This document shows positions 1-12,924 of a stretch of 64,000 nucleotides of DNA, piece after piece. This DNA is from Neovahlkampfia damariscottae (Eukaryota), in contig JABLTG010000031.1 of assembly GCA_016618085.1 (NCBI GenBank), forward strand, positions 62,001 through 126,000, read 5' to 3'. Position 1 is the stretch's first letter. Each line of letters opens with the position of its first letter. The notes beneath the pieces are model-generated. The model made no database searches, was not told the origin of the DNA, and worked only from the letters and a program-made list of their open reading frames with translations. A program made the translations under genes and the position numbers.

Positions 1-1
1 T

Positions 2-205
2 TCATGGTGTGTTTGGACAGCTGCTTGTTCATTTAAAAGAGCACAATTACATGAACCATTTTATAAGAATGTTGAAAAACCAGAAGGTTCAATTTTAAGT
101 TCAATTTATAATTCATTGTCTATTGGTTCATCAAAAACAGATACAAAAACAAAACAACCATTGAAAGATGGAAAATCATCACAAAAAAATCAAAATAAAA
201 AGTAA
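2..205 (+). CDS. 3' end of an unidentified gene (partial)
   Basis: Open frame from the window edge (SWCVWTAACSFKRAQLHEPF...NQNKK) ending in TAA at 203-205, just before the next CCAAT-containing gap. Confidence 0.6.
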   Translation, partial: SWCVWTAACSFKRAQLHEPFYKNVEKPEGSILSSIYNSLSIGSSKTDTKTKQPLKDGKSSQKNQNKK

Positions 206-293
206 TTTTTAAAAGAAAAAAAATAATGTGAAAAAAAAAAAAGATTCTAATAAGAATTTGACCAATCAAAAGAATTTTTGTATTCAATTTTTC

Positions 294-1655
294 ATGGACG
301 TACAAACTTTGTTGAAACAAGATTGGGAATTTGACCCAGAAGATCCAAGTTTTAAGTCAACTGATATCACAGAAAATGATTTAAATCAAGAAGAAATTGA
401 AGAAGAAGAACAAAGAAAGTTGTTAATTTCTAAAATAAAAAATAGAAAAGAAAATCCATTGAATCCAACTTTATTTGAAGATAATATACTGAAAGATTTC
501 ATTGAAAGTGAATTATTATTAGATGAAGAATTAAAAAAACCAATGAATGAAATTATAACTGATGTCACTGGTAAAAGTAAAATTGCAAGACAATTTGAGT
601 ATTATAAAACTGAAAAGGAACGATTACAATTTAAATTAAGATCTTTAACAGTTGATGATAATTTATTCAAAAAAGCAATAAAAGAACTTTTAAAATTTGA
701 AAAAGAAAATGAAAAAAATGAATTAATTGAATCAAATAATTTCATTACTTTGACTTTAGTTTTAGATTTTCCAGTTAGAGAAACACATGATTATATTAGA
801 GTTCCAATTGAATATTCATTATTTTCAACTACAGGTCAAATGGATATTTTTGTCGTTGTTTCAGATGAAAAAGTTGAAGAATATCAAAAAATTTTAGAAG
901 ATAATTATAAACTTGGTGAATTTGAAGTAGTTTCAGCTACAGATTTTTACAAATTATATCAAAGTTATGTTCAAAAAATTAGACTTTTAAATTCATATGA
1001 TGCATTCTTTCATGATAATACTTTAGACGAAGAAAGAGTTAAAGCATATTTAGGTGCTAAATTTAGATCAAAAAAAAAATTTCCACAAGTATTTGATTCA
1101 GAAAATGGCGCTTCAAATTTATTGGACATTGTTAACAGCTCATATAAATCAACAATTTTAAGTTTAGAAAAAGGTCATACTTCAATTGAAATTAAAATCG
1201 GAAGAACAAATATGAGAGAAATCGATATTCATGAAAATTTAAGAATAGTTTTAAAAAAAGCACCTATGCCAACTGATGTAGTAAAAATGTTCTTGAAAAC
1301 TTCAAATTCACCTGCTTTATGTATTTTTGCAGGAAATCCAAAACCATTTTATGTAACTAAACAATTCAAAAAAGAAAAAAGTTTTGTTCCAACAGAAAAA
1401 GAAGAAGAAATTTTAACACCATTCAAAAAGACAAGAGAAGAACCAAAAGATGTTGAAAAGAAAACTGATGATGTTCCTGTTTTAAAAAAAGTTGATAAAA
1501 TTGTGAAACAAAAAAAAATGACTGAAAAAAAAAAACAACCAAAAGTATCAGCAGTTGTTCAACAAGAAACAGTAGAAGTTCCAGCAGCAACAAAAACAAC
1601 TGTAGCTGTTTCAACTGAAAAAAAGAAAAAAAAAAAAAAGAAAAAAAAAGAATAA
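294..1655 (+). CDS. RSL1D1: Ribosomal L1 domain-containing nucleolar protein (RSL1D1/Cic1/Utp30-like)
   Basis: Intronless ORF with ATG at 294; L1-domain motifs (YDAFFHD, LGAKFRSKKKFP, IKIGRTNM, FLKTSNSPAL) and a Lys-rich tail. Confidence 0.8.
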   Translation: MDVQTLLKQDWEFDPEDPSFKSTDITENDLNQEEIEEEEQRKLLISKIKNRKENPLNPTLFEDNILKDFIESELLLDEELKKPMNEIITDVTGKSKIARQFEYYKTEKERLQFKLRSLTVDDNLFKKAIKELLKFEKENEKNELIESNNFITLTLVLDFPVRETHDYIRVPIEYSLFSTTGQMDIFVVVSDEKVEEYQKILEDNYKLGEFEVVSATDFYKLYQSYVQKIRLLNSYDAFFHDNTLDEERVKAYLGAKFRSKKKFPQVFDSENGASNLLDIVNSSYKSTILSLEKGHTSIEIKIGRTNMREIDIHENLRIVLKKAPMPTDVVKMFLKTSNSPALCIFAGNPKPFYVTKQFKKEKSFVPTEKEEEILTPFKKTREEPKDVEKKTDDVPVLKKVDKIVKQKKMTEKKKQPKVSAVVQQETVEVPAATKTTVAVSTEKKKKKKKKKKE

Positions 1656-1684
1656 AGCGTCATATAATTTTTAGAGAGAAATAT

Positions 1685-2275
1685 TTATTTTAACCAAAGT
1701 TTCAATCGATAAGCATCTCCTCCACTTAAATAATATTTATGTAATTTTTTATCTCTAACAAAACCCAATTTTTCATACAGGTATAATGCTGCTCCATTGA
1801 AAGTTTCAGTTTCCAATACAACTTCGTCAGCTCCTTCTTTAATCATAGTTTCAATTGCAAGATTTACTAATTTCTTTCCAATTCCTCTTTTTCTATAAGC
1901 TTGATCAACAGCAAGCCTATTTGATTAAAAAAAATAATTAAATTTTTATACATTGCAATATAACCACGTTCTCTACCATTTTTATGTTTGTCCAATTTTG
2001 ATACAATTGCGCCGACTTTTTAAAAGTTGAATTTATTTTTTTCGTTTTACTGATATAATTATCTTTTGATGAATCAACTGCTAGTATTGTATGTTTTGGA
2101 AAATTATTCGTAAAATATCTATAAGTATAAATACTTTTCAAAAAAAAAAATAAAAAAAAAAACGAAAAAATGAGTCATACCTATAAGGCTCAGATAAATC
2201 TAAATCCATTAAATATTTTATACGTCCTAATTGTGTCTCATCTTTATAAAATTCATATTTTATTTCTTTTGTCAT
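1685..2275 (-). CDS. NAA30: N-alpha-acetyltransferase 30 (NatC catalytic subunit, Mak3)
   Basis: Three short introns; spliced product has [31 protein letters not shown] and [14 protein letters not shown]. Confidence 0.95.
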
Positions 2276-2363
2276 CACTTCAACAAAAAATAGTTCAAAC
2301 AAATCAAAATCAAGAATTCTTATGATTGGAAGAAAAATAAAAAAAAAATTTAAATCAAATTTT

Positions 2364-4068
2364 TTAATCTTCTGGATCCATTTGACCACCTCTAATTTTT
2401 GGGCCTCCTGAAGGACGTGACATAATAATTTGATCAACACTCAAAATTGTAATAACAGCATTTGTAGCCAATTGAATACCCCAAAATTTAGACATAAAAG
2501 AATCATATAATTCATCTTCTTTAACAACATCTTTACCTTCAACACTTTCTAAATCAACACCAAAGTTCGCATTTCCATTTTCATGTTGTGATGATAAGTT
2601 TGAAATTACTTCTGAAGCATTTAAACCTGATGACTCAGCTAAAGTTTTTGGAATAACTTGAAATGCTTCAGCGTACTTTTTAATAGCATATTGATCTAAT
2701 CCAGGTGTATCATTTGAATATTTTAAGACTTGTTTGAATATTTCCATTTCAAAAGCACCAGCACCTGCAATTAATCTATTATCTTTTGTAAAAGCTTTAT
2801 AAATGTTAACACCATCATCAATTGCTCTTTCAACTTCATCTAAAATATTTGTTGTTGCACCTCTTAAAACAATAGTTGATACTTTTGATTTTTCTTCAAC
2901 TTGATCAAAAATTAATAATTTGGTTGATGATATTTCTTTAACATCAACTAAAAAGAATAAAACTCTTTTTTTTTTTTTTACCTTGAGTACAAGTACCAAT
3001 TTCTTCTGCTGTTGGTTTTCCAATTCTCACCAATGGAATTGCACCACATGAATTACATAATCTTCTCATATCAAATTTTGATTGTACTTTAACAGCCATA
3101 ATATTATATCTTTCTAAAAAGTGTAATGCCATTTCACTAAAACTTCCTTGTGTAACCATAACATTAACACCTGCACTTGCAATATCTTTAATATCTGTTT
3201 CAATAGCTTTTTCTTCTCTATCACTATACGTTAATAATTCTTCTGCTGTTTTAATTGAAATTGTTTCTTTTGAATCTAATGAACCTAAATCAATGTTACA
3301 AGCATATGCTGCAATTTTAGCATTTTTTATATGTTTAATTGAACCTTCTGTATCTCTTTCAAGTGCAAAACCTTTTATAACAAATGAATCTGAAATTGAA
3401 CCACCTGTAACTTTTACTGTTCTAACATTGTCAACATTGAATGCATTTTCTTTTGTTGGTAAAACTGAAATACAAGCTTTTGAGATTAAAGGAATTAATA
3501 TATTTTCTTGTCCAAATTGTGTTGCTGAAATACCTGCTTTTAATCCTTTTGCTACTTCTTTTTCGTCTCTTAAATCAGATACTTTTGAAATGACTAAAGT
3601 TTCAATAACTTCTAATGTTTTTTTTAAAGCTTTTTTATATCCTGTAATGATATCTGATGGATGAAGTCTAATTGTAGTTAAGAGTTTTTCAGCTTGATAT
3701 AAAAGTTCTCCTGCTAAAGTAACTACAAAATTTGTACCATCACCTACTTCTGTTTCTTGTGATTGTGCAGCCATTACAACTATTTTTGCAGCTGGATGAA
3801 TAATTTCCATTTCTTTCAACATTGTAACTGCATCATGAGTCACAAAAATTTTTTCTAAATTATTTATAACCATTTTATTTAACCCTTTTTAAAATTGATA
3901 TTTAGTGTTTTAAATTTAAGAAATACCATTTGGACCCATACTTGTTCTGGTTAATTCAGATAAATCACGGACAGCCTCAATGTTTCTTAACATTGATTGT
4001 TCTAATCCAGAAAGATGTTTTGTTCCATCTTTTAAAATTTCTTGAATTGAATTTTGATTAAAGTTCAT
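2364..4068 (-). CDS. CCT8: Chaperonin CCT subunit theta
   Basis: Two introns; TRTSMGPNGLNKMVINNLEKIFVTHDA, EVGDGTNFV, ERAIDDGVN and VDQIIMSRPSGGP motifs. Confidence 0.95.
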
Positions 4069-4286
4069 GATGTTTTCTTTCCTCTTTTTTTTTTTATAAA
4101 CCAACCAATGAACTAAATTTATAAAAATCTGATTGGTTATTTGAAGAATCAAGTTTAAGTTTTTTTTATTTTTTTTGAAATAATTATCATATTTTGGACT
4201 TCAAAGAAATCATAAATTCTCAAAAAAATAATAACATTTCATTGGATAAAAGTTCAACTAAAAAGAACCAACCCAAGAGAACTTTA

Positions 4287-5090
4287 ATGTATAACGGAAT
4301 TGGATTAAACACACCAAGAGGTACAGGAACCAATGGTTATGTACAATCAAATGCAGCTCATGTAAAAGAATGGAAAGTAAAGAGACCAGATGGTTATAGA
4401 GAAATTTTGGATATACCTGCTCCAAAAATCAAAGAAGCAAACAAAGATATTTTGAGTCATGAAAAAAAAAGAAAAATAGAAGTTGAAGTGTATAAATACA
4501 GATTAGAATTAGAAGAAAAAAATATTTCAGAAGAAGAAATTGAAGTCCAAGTAGAAAAAAAAAGAGAAGTACTTTTACGTCGATCAGAAGTTGAAGAAAT
4601 GGATAAAGTAATAAAAAGACCTGGTCAATATTCAAAAGAAAAAAGAGAAGAAAAGAAACAATTCTTCAACAAAACAAATAAAGAGTCTCATTCCATAAAA
4701 GAAGCTCAATTAAAAAAAAATGAAAGAGCAAAGGAAATATTAGGAATTAGAAAAGATTTTCAACCTGGTGATGGATTTGATTTTGATGGTGAAAGAAAAA
4801 AACAAAGAGAAACTTCGAAAAAAGAAGAAGAAGAAAAATTAGATTTTATTAAACAAATTGAAAAGAGTACTAATAGTCATCAAAAAGAAAAAACAGATTC
4901 ACCAAGAAGAAGAAGAAGAAGACATGGGTCATCAGATGAATCATCATCAGAAGAAGAAGAAGAACGAAAAAGATATCAAAGAAGAAGAGAGTATTCACCT
5001 GAAAGAAGAGATAGAAGAAGAAGAAGAGAATATTCACCAGAAAGAAGAAAAAGATATTATTCATCTGATTCAGAAGAAGAAAGAAAATAA
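4287..5090 (+). CDS. CWC21: Splicing factor Cwc21/SRRM2-like
   Basis: Diagnostic N-terminus MYNGIGLNTPRGTGTNGYVQSN, cwf21 domain (ILSHEKKRKIEVE) and an RS-like tail. Confidence 0.9.
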   Translation: MYNGIGLNTPRGTGTNGYVQSNAAHVKEWKVKRPDGYREILDIPAPKIKEANKDILSHEKKRKIEVEVYKYRLELEEKNISEEEIEVQVEKKREVLLRRSEVEEMDKVIKRPGQYSKEKREEKKQFFNKTNKESHSIKEAQLKKNERAKEILGIRKDFQPGDGFDFDGERKKQRETSKKEEEEKLDFIKQIEKSTNSHQKEKTDSPRRRRRRHGSSDESSSEEEEERKRYQRRREYSPERRDRRRRREYSPERRKRYYSSDSEEERK

Positions 5091-5093
5091 ATT

Positions 5094-7370
5094 TTATTTT
5101 TTTTTTAAAGCAAATAACGATTTTCTATTTTTTGCAGTATCAGGAGAATTACCTTCTTTTTGAGTTTGTAAATGTTTTGGTAAAGTATTTGGATATAAAA
5201 GTAAAGATTCATTTGAAGAAGAAGAAGAAGATCCTAATAATGATTTTGATCTTTCATTTGATGAAGAATCTGAATCAACAGTCAATTGAACTGGAGCTGA
5301 TAATTTTCTTTTTCTTTCATTTTTTGTAACTTTTAATGAATTACTTTTAAAAGTAACAGTCAATCCACTTTGATATGATTCAATATATTTATCTTTTTTT
5401 GTTTTTCCTTTTTTGTTAATTTTAAAATTTCTAATTTTAGATTCTTCTTCATCATCTCTTTTTTGAATAAAATCTAATAAATCCAAATTAAATTGATGAG
5501 AAAATAATTGAACATATTTTTTTTGTACAAGACCAATCAGATTGTACTCATGATAATAATTTTGAATTCCTTTTAAAAATTCATCTTTGTCTTCTAAATT
5601 ACATTTTTTATCTTCTTGATTTAAAAATAATTTTGGTTGTTTATCCAATGAAAAATAATGTGGATATAATTTTTTCTTTTTTTCTTCATATAATAAATCA
5701 CAATATTCAGAGCTTGATATTACATTTAATTTAAAAACTTACTATTCTTTTTTAAATTCAGAAGGTGGAAATATATTCATTCCAATTTTTGAACAAATAT
5801 AATAATCATTTCCACTAATCTTTTTTGGATTTGTTTTAATTTCAACTAAATCACCTAAATTTAACTTTAATTCATCTGAATTCAATTTCATTAAATCTTC
5901 TAAAATAAAACCAAGACCTAAAATATTATCTTTTTCTTTTGCTAATTCATCTTCTTTTATTATTCCTTCATTTCTTTTAATTGTAATATCATCATAATTA
6001 TCCAATTCTGATAATGATTCAGAAGAAGAAGAAGCATCTTTTTTTGTTGAAAATGATGAAAATATTGATTTTCTATGTTTAATTTGTTTCATTTTTTTTT
6101 CTTTTTGATATTTTATAGTTGCTCTTTCAACATTTTTAATTTTCATTTCTTTAACAATATCATCCATTACTTTAATAAATCCATTAATAAAATCTTCTTT
6201 TTTCTTTTCAATTGAAACAATTATAGTTTCATCTTGATGAACTATTTGAATTGCATTTTTAAAATTTTCATTTTCTTCTTCTTTAATATTAACAATCCAT
6301 GGATATGGTGATTGCATAAAATCATAAAAATTTTCCATTCTATTCTTTGAATCACATATTAAAAGACCATCATTGAAAAAATATAACCATTTTTCTTTCC
6401 ATTCATTATTTTCATAAATTAATACTTCTTGTGAGAATGCATGTTTTCTTGCTGGTTTTACAACTGCAAAATCACCTTTAACAGTTACAGCACTTGATAT
6501 TTCATTGAGTTTTTCACTTTTTTTTTTGTAAATTAATTTTATCTCTTTCTTACTGATGTTCAAATTCTCTCATTTTTTCGTTTACATAATTTGCGACACT
6601 TTGAATTTCTTTTAAACCTTCAACAAGGTAAGGATAATCTCGATGATTCTGACTTGTTTTACTTAATAAATCTTTTAATAATAAATTGTATCTAAAGAAT
6701 AGGTTTGTGTCAAAGAACGAAAAATTCTAACCTTGGAATTCTTTGAACAGGAGTAATTACTTTTTGTTTTTTAGTTTTTTATTTTCCAGACTTACATAAT
6801 GAATTGATATCATAACCTAGTGACAACTCTTTTTTGAACTTTCTTTGATTGTCGAAGAATTCATTAAGGTTTTTGTTTGCTTTTCTTAAATCACGAAGTT
6901 TAGCTGAAATTCTATCAAAATTATTGCAATACGTAGTATAAGTTTTCAAAAAAGGTGCCTATTATGGTTTGAATTAATATTTAGAAAAAGTTACGAATTT
7001 TTTAAAGATTTCACCAATGGTCAACGTTGGTTTCATCTTTTTTTTATCTTCATCTAATCTTGTTTCAATCTAAAATTAATTTTAATTTTGTCCAAAGTGT
7101 CATACTTGTTTTAACAACTTTTTTCCTAAACCACGAATAACACTTAAATCTGAAAACACTAAATCATAGTCTTTTTGTTCTATTAAACTTCCTTTAGTTC
7201 CAATAGTTTCTCTTAAAGGTTTTGCGTAGGCCTGTTTTTGGGTTTAGAAAAAAAAAATAATCTACATTCTCAACAGCATCTAATCCTTGAATATAAGACT
7301 CTTCTGTTTCGTGAATCTCTTTCACTATATTCATTCTTGCATGTGGTTTAAAATTTGCACCTGAAGACAT
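5094..7370 (-). CDS. Dbl-family RhoGEF (DH-PH, possible SH3-like segment)
   Basis: About seven short introns; DH motifs EIHETEESYI, APFLKTYTTYCNNF and ITPVQRIPRYNLL, followed by a PH-like region. Confidence 0.85.
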
Positions 7371-7570
7371 TTGCCGTTTTCTTTGGGTCAAAAGGTGGTT
7401 TTGATTGGCTTATTTTTTAAATTGATTTTTCCATTAAAAACTTGGTTTGAAATGCGGAATAAATAAGTTAAAAAACTGTTAAATTTTACTCTTCCAAAAC
7501 AATCAAACCCGATTTGATTGGTTTAGTTTTTAACGTCAACTTCAACAATAATCCCTCATCTGATTTTTCA

Positions 7571-8767
7571 ATGACAAAAGAAACACTTGAAGAAAATAAA
7601 GAAATCAATGAAATTGATCCTGTAATTATATGTGGAATCTCTTTGGACCAATTTAATTTTTCGATACAACTTTCAATTTTATTTTTTGGTGTTTTCTTTT
7701 TTTACATGTTGTAAGTTGAAAAAATAATTGAAAAAAAGATATGGAATTTTACAAGAGTATCTATTCACAAGTTATAATGGTTTCAAATTTGGTTTTTTTG
7801 TGGCTTTGATTCAAGTAACATTTTTCAATTTTTGTTTACTTTTTTTTCGAGTTTATTGTTTATTCTTTGATATCAGGAATACAATATGGAAGAACAGAAT
7901 TGAATCCTAAAACAAAAAAAATAACAAAAAATTACATCAAAAAATATTTATACATCAGTTTTTTATCAGTTCTTTCAATGTCAACAGGTAAATATTAAAT
8001 GAATTTTAATAAAACTATATTTCACAAAGGATATGAAGCATTATCTTATTTGACTTATCCTACAAAGATTTTATTCAAATCTTCAAAATTATTGGGTATA
8101 ATGATCATTGGAGTTTTATTTTTAAAAAAAAGATACAAAAAATATGATTATATTGCTTCATTTTCAATAGTTATAGGATTATATTTGATTTACTATTCTT
8201 CTTCAAAAACACCTTCAACATCAAATGCTTTATATGATTTTGATATTCGAGGAGTTTTGTTGATGACAATTTCAATTATAGCAGATTCATTTGTTGGTAA
8301 TTTACAGGATGAATTACTTCATCAAGAGAATGTTTCTGCAAATGAGGTTATTTTCTTTTCTCATGCTATTGGTGTTTTATATTTGTTAATATCTTCAATT
8401 ATTTTTGGTCAATTTTTTAGTTCAAGTTTGATTTAAATTGATTAATGAAACAATAGTTCAACTGGTGGCTAAATATCCATTGATAGTTGTTAATATTATT
8501 ACTATTAGTCTTTGTGGTTATTTGGGTGTTCAATGTGTTCATGGATTAACGAAATTATTTGGTATTTTGATGACTGTTACTGCTACAAGCACAAGAAAGG
8601 TATTATTTTCATTTGATTTTTTTATACCCCAATAGGTTCTATCCATCATTTTATCATTTTTGATATTTCCAAAACCATTTGGAATTTCGTATATTTTTGC
8701 TGTTTTTTTTGTTTTTACAGGTGTCTTCATTCGTGTTAGTTCCAAAAACATGTTCAATAAAAAATGA
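7571..8767 (+). CDS. UAA-family nucleotide-sugar/PAPS transporter (SLC35B3-like)
   Basis: Five introns; YGILQEY, ALSYLTYPTKILFKSSKL, ADSFVGNLQDE and TATSTRKVLSIILSFLIFPKPF motifs. Confidence 0.85.
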
Positions 8768-8815
8768 TTTTAATTTGAACTTCATTTTGGCTTGGACCAA
8801 TTGAATTTTTTTCAG

Positions 8816-9109
8816 ATGAAACAGTTGGAAGCACCACAGAAAAGAATTGAAAGTCAAAGAATTAATTTTTTATTTCAAGCTGCTCATTTAGTTAACCAAA
8901 TGAATCAACCTGAATTATCAAGAGTTTATGCTCATAATGTAAAAAAAATAAATCAAAAATTAATTTTAAAAAATCAATTAAAACATGAAATTTGTTCTAA
9001 TTGTTGTACCTTGTTAATATTTTCATCAAAAACTAGATTAAAAAAAAATAAATTAATTGTAACTTGCAAAACTTGTCAAAAAAAAAAGAAAGTTATCATA
9101 AAAAATTAA
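8816..9109 (+). CDS. RPP21: RNase P protein subunit Rpr2/RPP21
   Basis: RINFLFQAAH motif, two CxxC zinc pairs (CSNC, CKTC), about 97 aa. Confidence 0.85.
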   Translation: MKQLEAPQKRIESQRINFLFQAAHLVNQMNQPELSRVYAHNVKKINQKLILKNQLKHEICSNCCTLLIFSSKTRLKKNKLIVTCKTCQKKKKVIIKN

Positions 9110-9204
9110 AAAACAACTCAAAAAACAAAATATTCAAAAGTTTAAAATAATAAAAAAATTTCCTTCTAAAGTGTTTTTATTGGTGCATTTCAACTTCTAA
9201 AAAA

Positions 9205-10814
9205 ATGAGACGATTTTCACTGACACTCGCTTTTCTTATTTTTTCAATTTTACTATTAAATACTTTGTCAGAAGAAACCGAAAAAGGTGTTGTAACAGCA
9301 AAACATTCATTTCAACAACCTTTTCTCTTTGGAATCAATTCTGCGATACCATACTGGGAATATGGAGGTAGTTCCGTTGCTACAGAAAATTTTGTGAGAT
9401 TAACACCAGCTGTAAAATCAAGAGTTGGATGGATTTGGAATTTAGAACCTGTTGAATTCAAAGGTTTGGTTCTTTTATTTTTTTTAAATTTTTTTTGAAG
9501 ATTGGCAAGTTGAACTTTCAATAAAAATACATAATACTCATAGTGTTGGTGCTGATGGTTTAGGTTTTTGGTATTCAAAAGACATCAAAAAAGATGGTTC
9601 TTTATTTGGTCAAGACGAAAATTTTGAAGGTTTTGGTATTATTTTTGATTCATACGATAATAATGGTGATGGAAGCGAACCTGCTATTTTAGGAGTTCGT
9701 GGAACTGGAAATGGTCAAGGACAATGGGATTATGATGATGATTTAAAAAAAAAAGCACTTGACAGGTAGAATAGAACCCAAAACTAAAATATTTCAAAAA
9801 AAAATAGATGCCATGTTGATTTTCGTAGAACAACTCAAGATAGTAGTTTCTTTAAAGTTAAAATAACATACGAAAAACATAGTAAAAAACAAAAATATTT
9901 TTTTTAATTTTTTTTCAAATTCAGTTTTATCTGTTCATTATGATCCTATGGACCACGGTGAATACGTATTCTGTTTTTCAATTCCAAATATCATTGTTCC
10001 ACCTGGATATCATTTTGGATTAACTGCGTTAACTGGTGGAGTAACAGATTATCATGATGTTGCTTCTTTAGTTACAAGAAATTTAGATCCTTCAGCAGAA
10101 TCACCTGAAGATATTCAAAGAGGTTATTGGGATCCACATCAATATTTTGAAGAAGAAGAAAGAAAAAAAAGAGAAGAAGAAGAACACAAAAAACATCAAG
10201 AAGAACATGAAAGAGCATTAAAAGAAAATCAAGCGAGAGATAAAGAAATTGAGACACAAGCAAAACATGAACATCAAGTTTTTGAAGATATCAGAGAAAA
10301 ATTAAGAAAATTCAAAGAAAATAATCCAAGTGAAGAAGCATCAAAAAAGACAGGTGTTCTTGTTTTACAAGCATTGGAAGAAGTTTCAAAAACAATGCAA
10401 ACAACATCAAAAAAACATGATATTTCAAATTTAGTAGCAAAAGTTACAGTTTTAGTTGAAGAACAAGAAACAATCAAAAATTCATTATTACAAGTTCAAA
10501 CAAGTTTACATGATAAACTTGAAGATTCATCAAAACTTTTACAAAGAGAAACTGAAATGTTAAATCAACAAATTAAACAATTAGAAACTGTTTTACATGG
10601 TTTATCTGGATATGTTTCTTCTTTATCAGATCAACAATCTCAATTAGGTCAACATTTTACACAAACATCTGATCATATTAAACAAAATGTGAATACTTCA
10701 TCAGGTTCTTCATTCGGTTTTTGGGTTTATTTCATTTTATTCCAAATAGTTTTTGCTGCTGCATTCATTTATTATAAATCTTACAGAGAAATGAAAAATA
10801 CTAAAATTTTTTAA
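9205..10814 (+). CDS. L-type lectin cargo receptor (ERGIC-53/VIP36/Emp47-like)
   Basis: Signal peptide, HSFQQPF, GADGLGFWY, GLTALTGGVTDYHDV, a coiled coil, a C-terminal TM and a short tail ending TKIF; three introns. Confidence 0.9.
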
Positions 10815-10860
10815 TTATTTAATTGGACCAATAATATTCTTTTTTTTTTTATTTCAAAAG
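10815..10860 (+). promoter_or_regulatory. 46-bp terminator/promoter gap with palindromic ATTGGACCAAT
   Basis: Double CCAAT palindrome between the lectin stop codon and the PEX10 ATG. Confidence 0.6.
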
Positions 10861-11943
10861 ATGAAGAATAAATTTTTGGATGCTGGTGCTCCTGATATTC
10901 TTAGAGCAAATCAAAAGGATGAATATTGCTTAAATCATTTGGAAATACTTTTAAGGTTCAACAAATTTATTTTTAATTTTATTTTAGAGACGTTGGTGTA
11001 TATAATCAATCTAAAGGATACTCTGAACTATTATATTACTTTTTAACATATGGATGTAATTCTATGACTTTAGGAGAAGAGTAAAAAACAAAACTTTTTT
11101 TTTTTTAAACATAAACTCCTCATTTAGATATTGTGACATTCAACAAGTTTTCAAAGGAATTAATCCTTCTTTAATATTAAAGATTGAATACATTTTTTTT
11201 AGAGTGATATTTCCAATGCTGTTGGATAAAGGAATATTTTTATTTTTAAAAAAAACAAATGAAAATTACAGAATAAATATGGAAAGAATTAGAAACTTCA
11301 TACCATATATTTTTAGATTTCATTTGGCTTTATTTTATATCAAAGGAAAATATTTAGAAATTTCAAAAAGAAGCTTAAATATAAATTATGTAAAATTAAA
11401 ATTAAAAATTAAAAAAACTTTGAGATTTTTTTTGGCAATCAAAAGAACGAAAACAAAGGTAATATATATATATTTCCATTGATTGAACTAATTTTTTCAG
11501 GTAACGTTTTTTTTAATTGTTAACACATCTTTAAAAGGAAATTATCAATTATTGGGTTATTTAATTTTGTTTCAACAAATAATTTCAATATTTTTGTATA
11601 TTCAATCATTATCTGATATTAAATCTTTAAAATTTGAATATGAAGAAGAAAAAAAATCAGACAAAACATGTCCACATTGTTTGGAAATTCGAAGAGTTTT
11701 GAAAAATATTTTTTAACTTAAAAATAGTTTACAACATCAACACCATGTGGTCATTTAGTAAGAAATTAAAGAATTAATCCAAAAAAAATAGTTCTGGTAA
11801 TTTCAATTTTTTTAAATTTTTCTCAAAGTTGGGAATGTATTTGTGAATGTATTTTCAATAAACAAAGTTGTCCAATTTGTAGACAAAAAGTAACATTACC
11901 ATCATTAACACCTTTATATCATTTTGATTCAAATATAATTTAA
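10861..11943 (+). CDS. PEX10: Peroxin 10, RING E3 ligase
   Basis: PDILRANQKD, TLGEEYCDI, HLALFYIKGKYLEISKR and RING CPHC...TPCGHLFCWECI...CPICR after splicing, which includes a 5-nt exon. Confidence 0.9.
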
Positions 11944-12878
11944 TCATTTTGACTTGAAAGTTTATTTACTTGTTCTTTATCTGCATCAGCAATTTCATGT
12001 TCACCCAATGAACGATAAGCATATTCTCTCAAAATATATCCATCAATTGAAGTATTCTTTGACAAATTTATTCCATTTGAAAACTAAAATTGATTAATTT
12101 TGTTAATTTACCTCTTCAATAGCTTCTTGTGTTTTTCCTAAATCTAATAATGCTTTTCCTTTTTCATAACAACATTCAATGAAAGTCAAATCAATTTCAA
12201 GTGCCATATCAAATTGTTCAATGGCTTCTTCTAATCTACCAACTGAGTTATATAATTTACCTTTTAAATAATAAGGCATTGCTGATTCTGGTTCAATTGA
12301 AATCATTCGATCAAAATCATCAAATGCTTTTTCCATTTCCAATAATTTTGAATATATTTTACCTCTTAGTTCATAAACTACATATGCATTGGAATTAAGT
12401 TCTGAATATTATTTGATCAAAAATTTTTACCTGCTGATTCATTTAGGTCTTTTAGTGCTTCTTCATATTTTTTTAATTCGTAATAACAACTTGCTCTTTG
12501 ATATAAAAGTGTTGATTTAATTTCATGTTGATTATTAAAATTTGGAATTCCAGTTGAAAAATCTTTTATGCCTTCTTCATATTTTCCTTTGGAATATTGT
12601 TAAAAATAAAATGTTTTTTAGTTAACCTAATAAATGTAATACTGTTCCTCTATGACTATATAAAATAAAATTCTTTGAAAAATTAAATTTAAATTTTAAA
12701 ATACTGATGGATTTATCTGTTAAAAAAAAAATTAATCTTTTTTTTGAAAATGTACTTTCAGTAATTCATCAAAACCAGCATAAGCTTCTTTGAGTTCTCC
12801 TGCTTGTAACTTTTTTACACTTTTTTCAAAAATTTCTTGAGAAAAAACGTTAAACTTTCTTATTGTAAGACGAAACAT
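11940..12878 (-). CDS. TPR-repeat protein with a possible mitochondrial presequence
   Basis: Multiple TPR consensus units; N-terminus MFRLTIRKFNVFS; five introns including a 12-nt exon. Confidence 0.8.
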
Positions 12879-12924
12879 TTTGACCAATTAAAAAAGTTCA
12901 ACAATAATTGGTTGAAAAAAGAAG
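12879..12924. promoter_or_regulatory. 46-bp bidirectional promoter with two opposed CCAAT boxes
   Basis: tgACCAATta and aATTGGtt lie between the divergent ATGs at 12878 and 12925. Confidence 0.7.
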
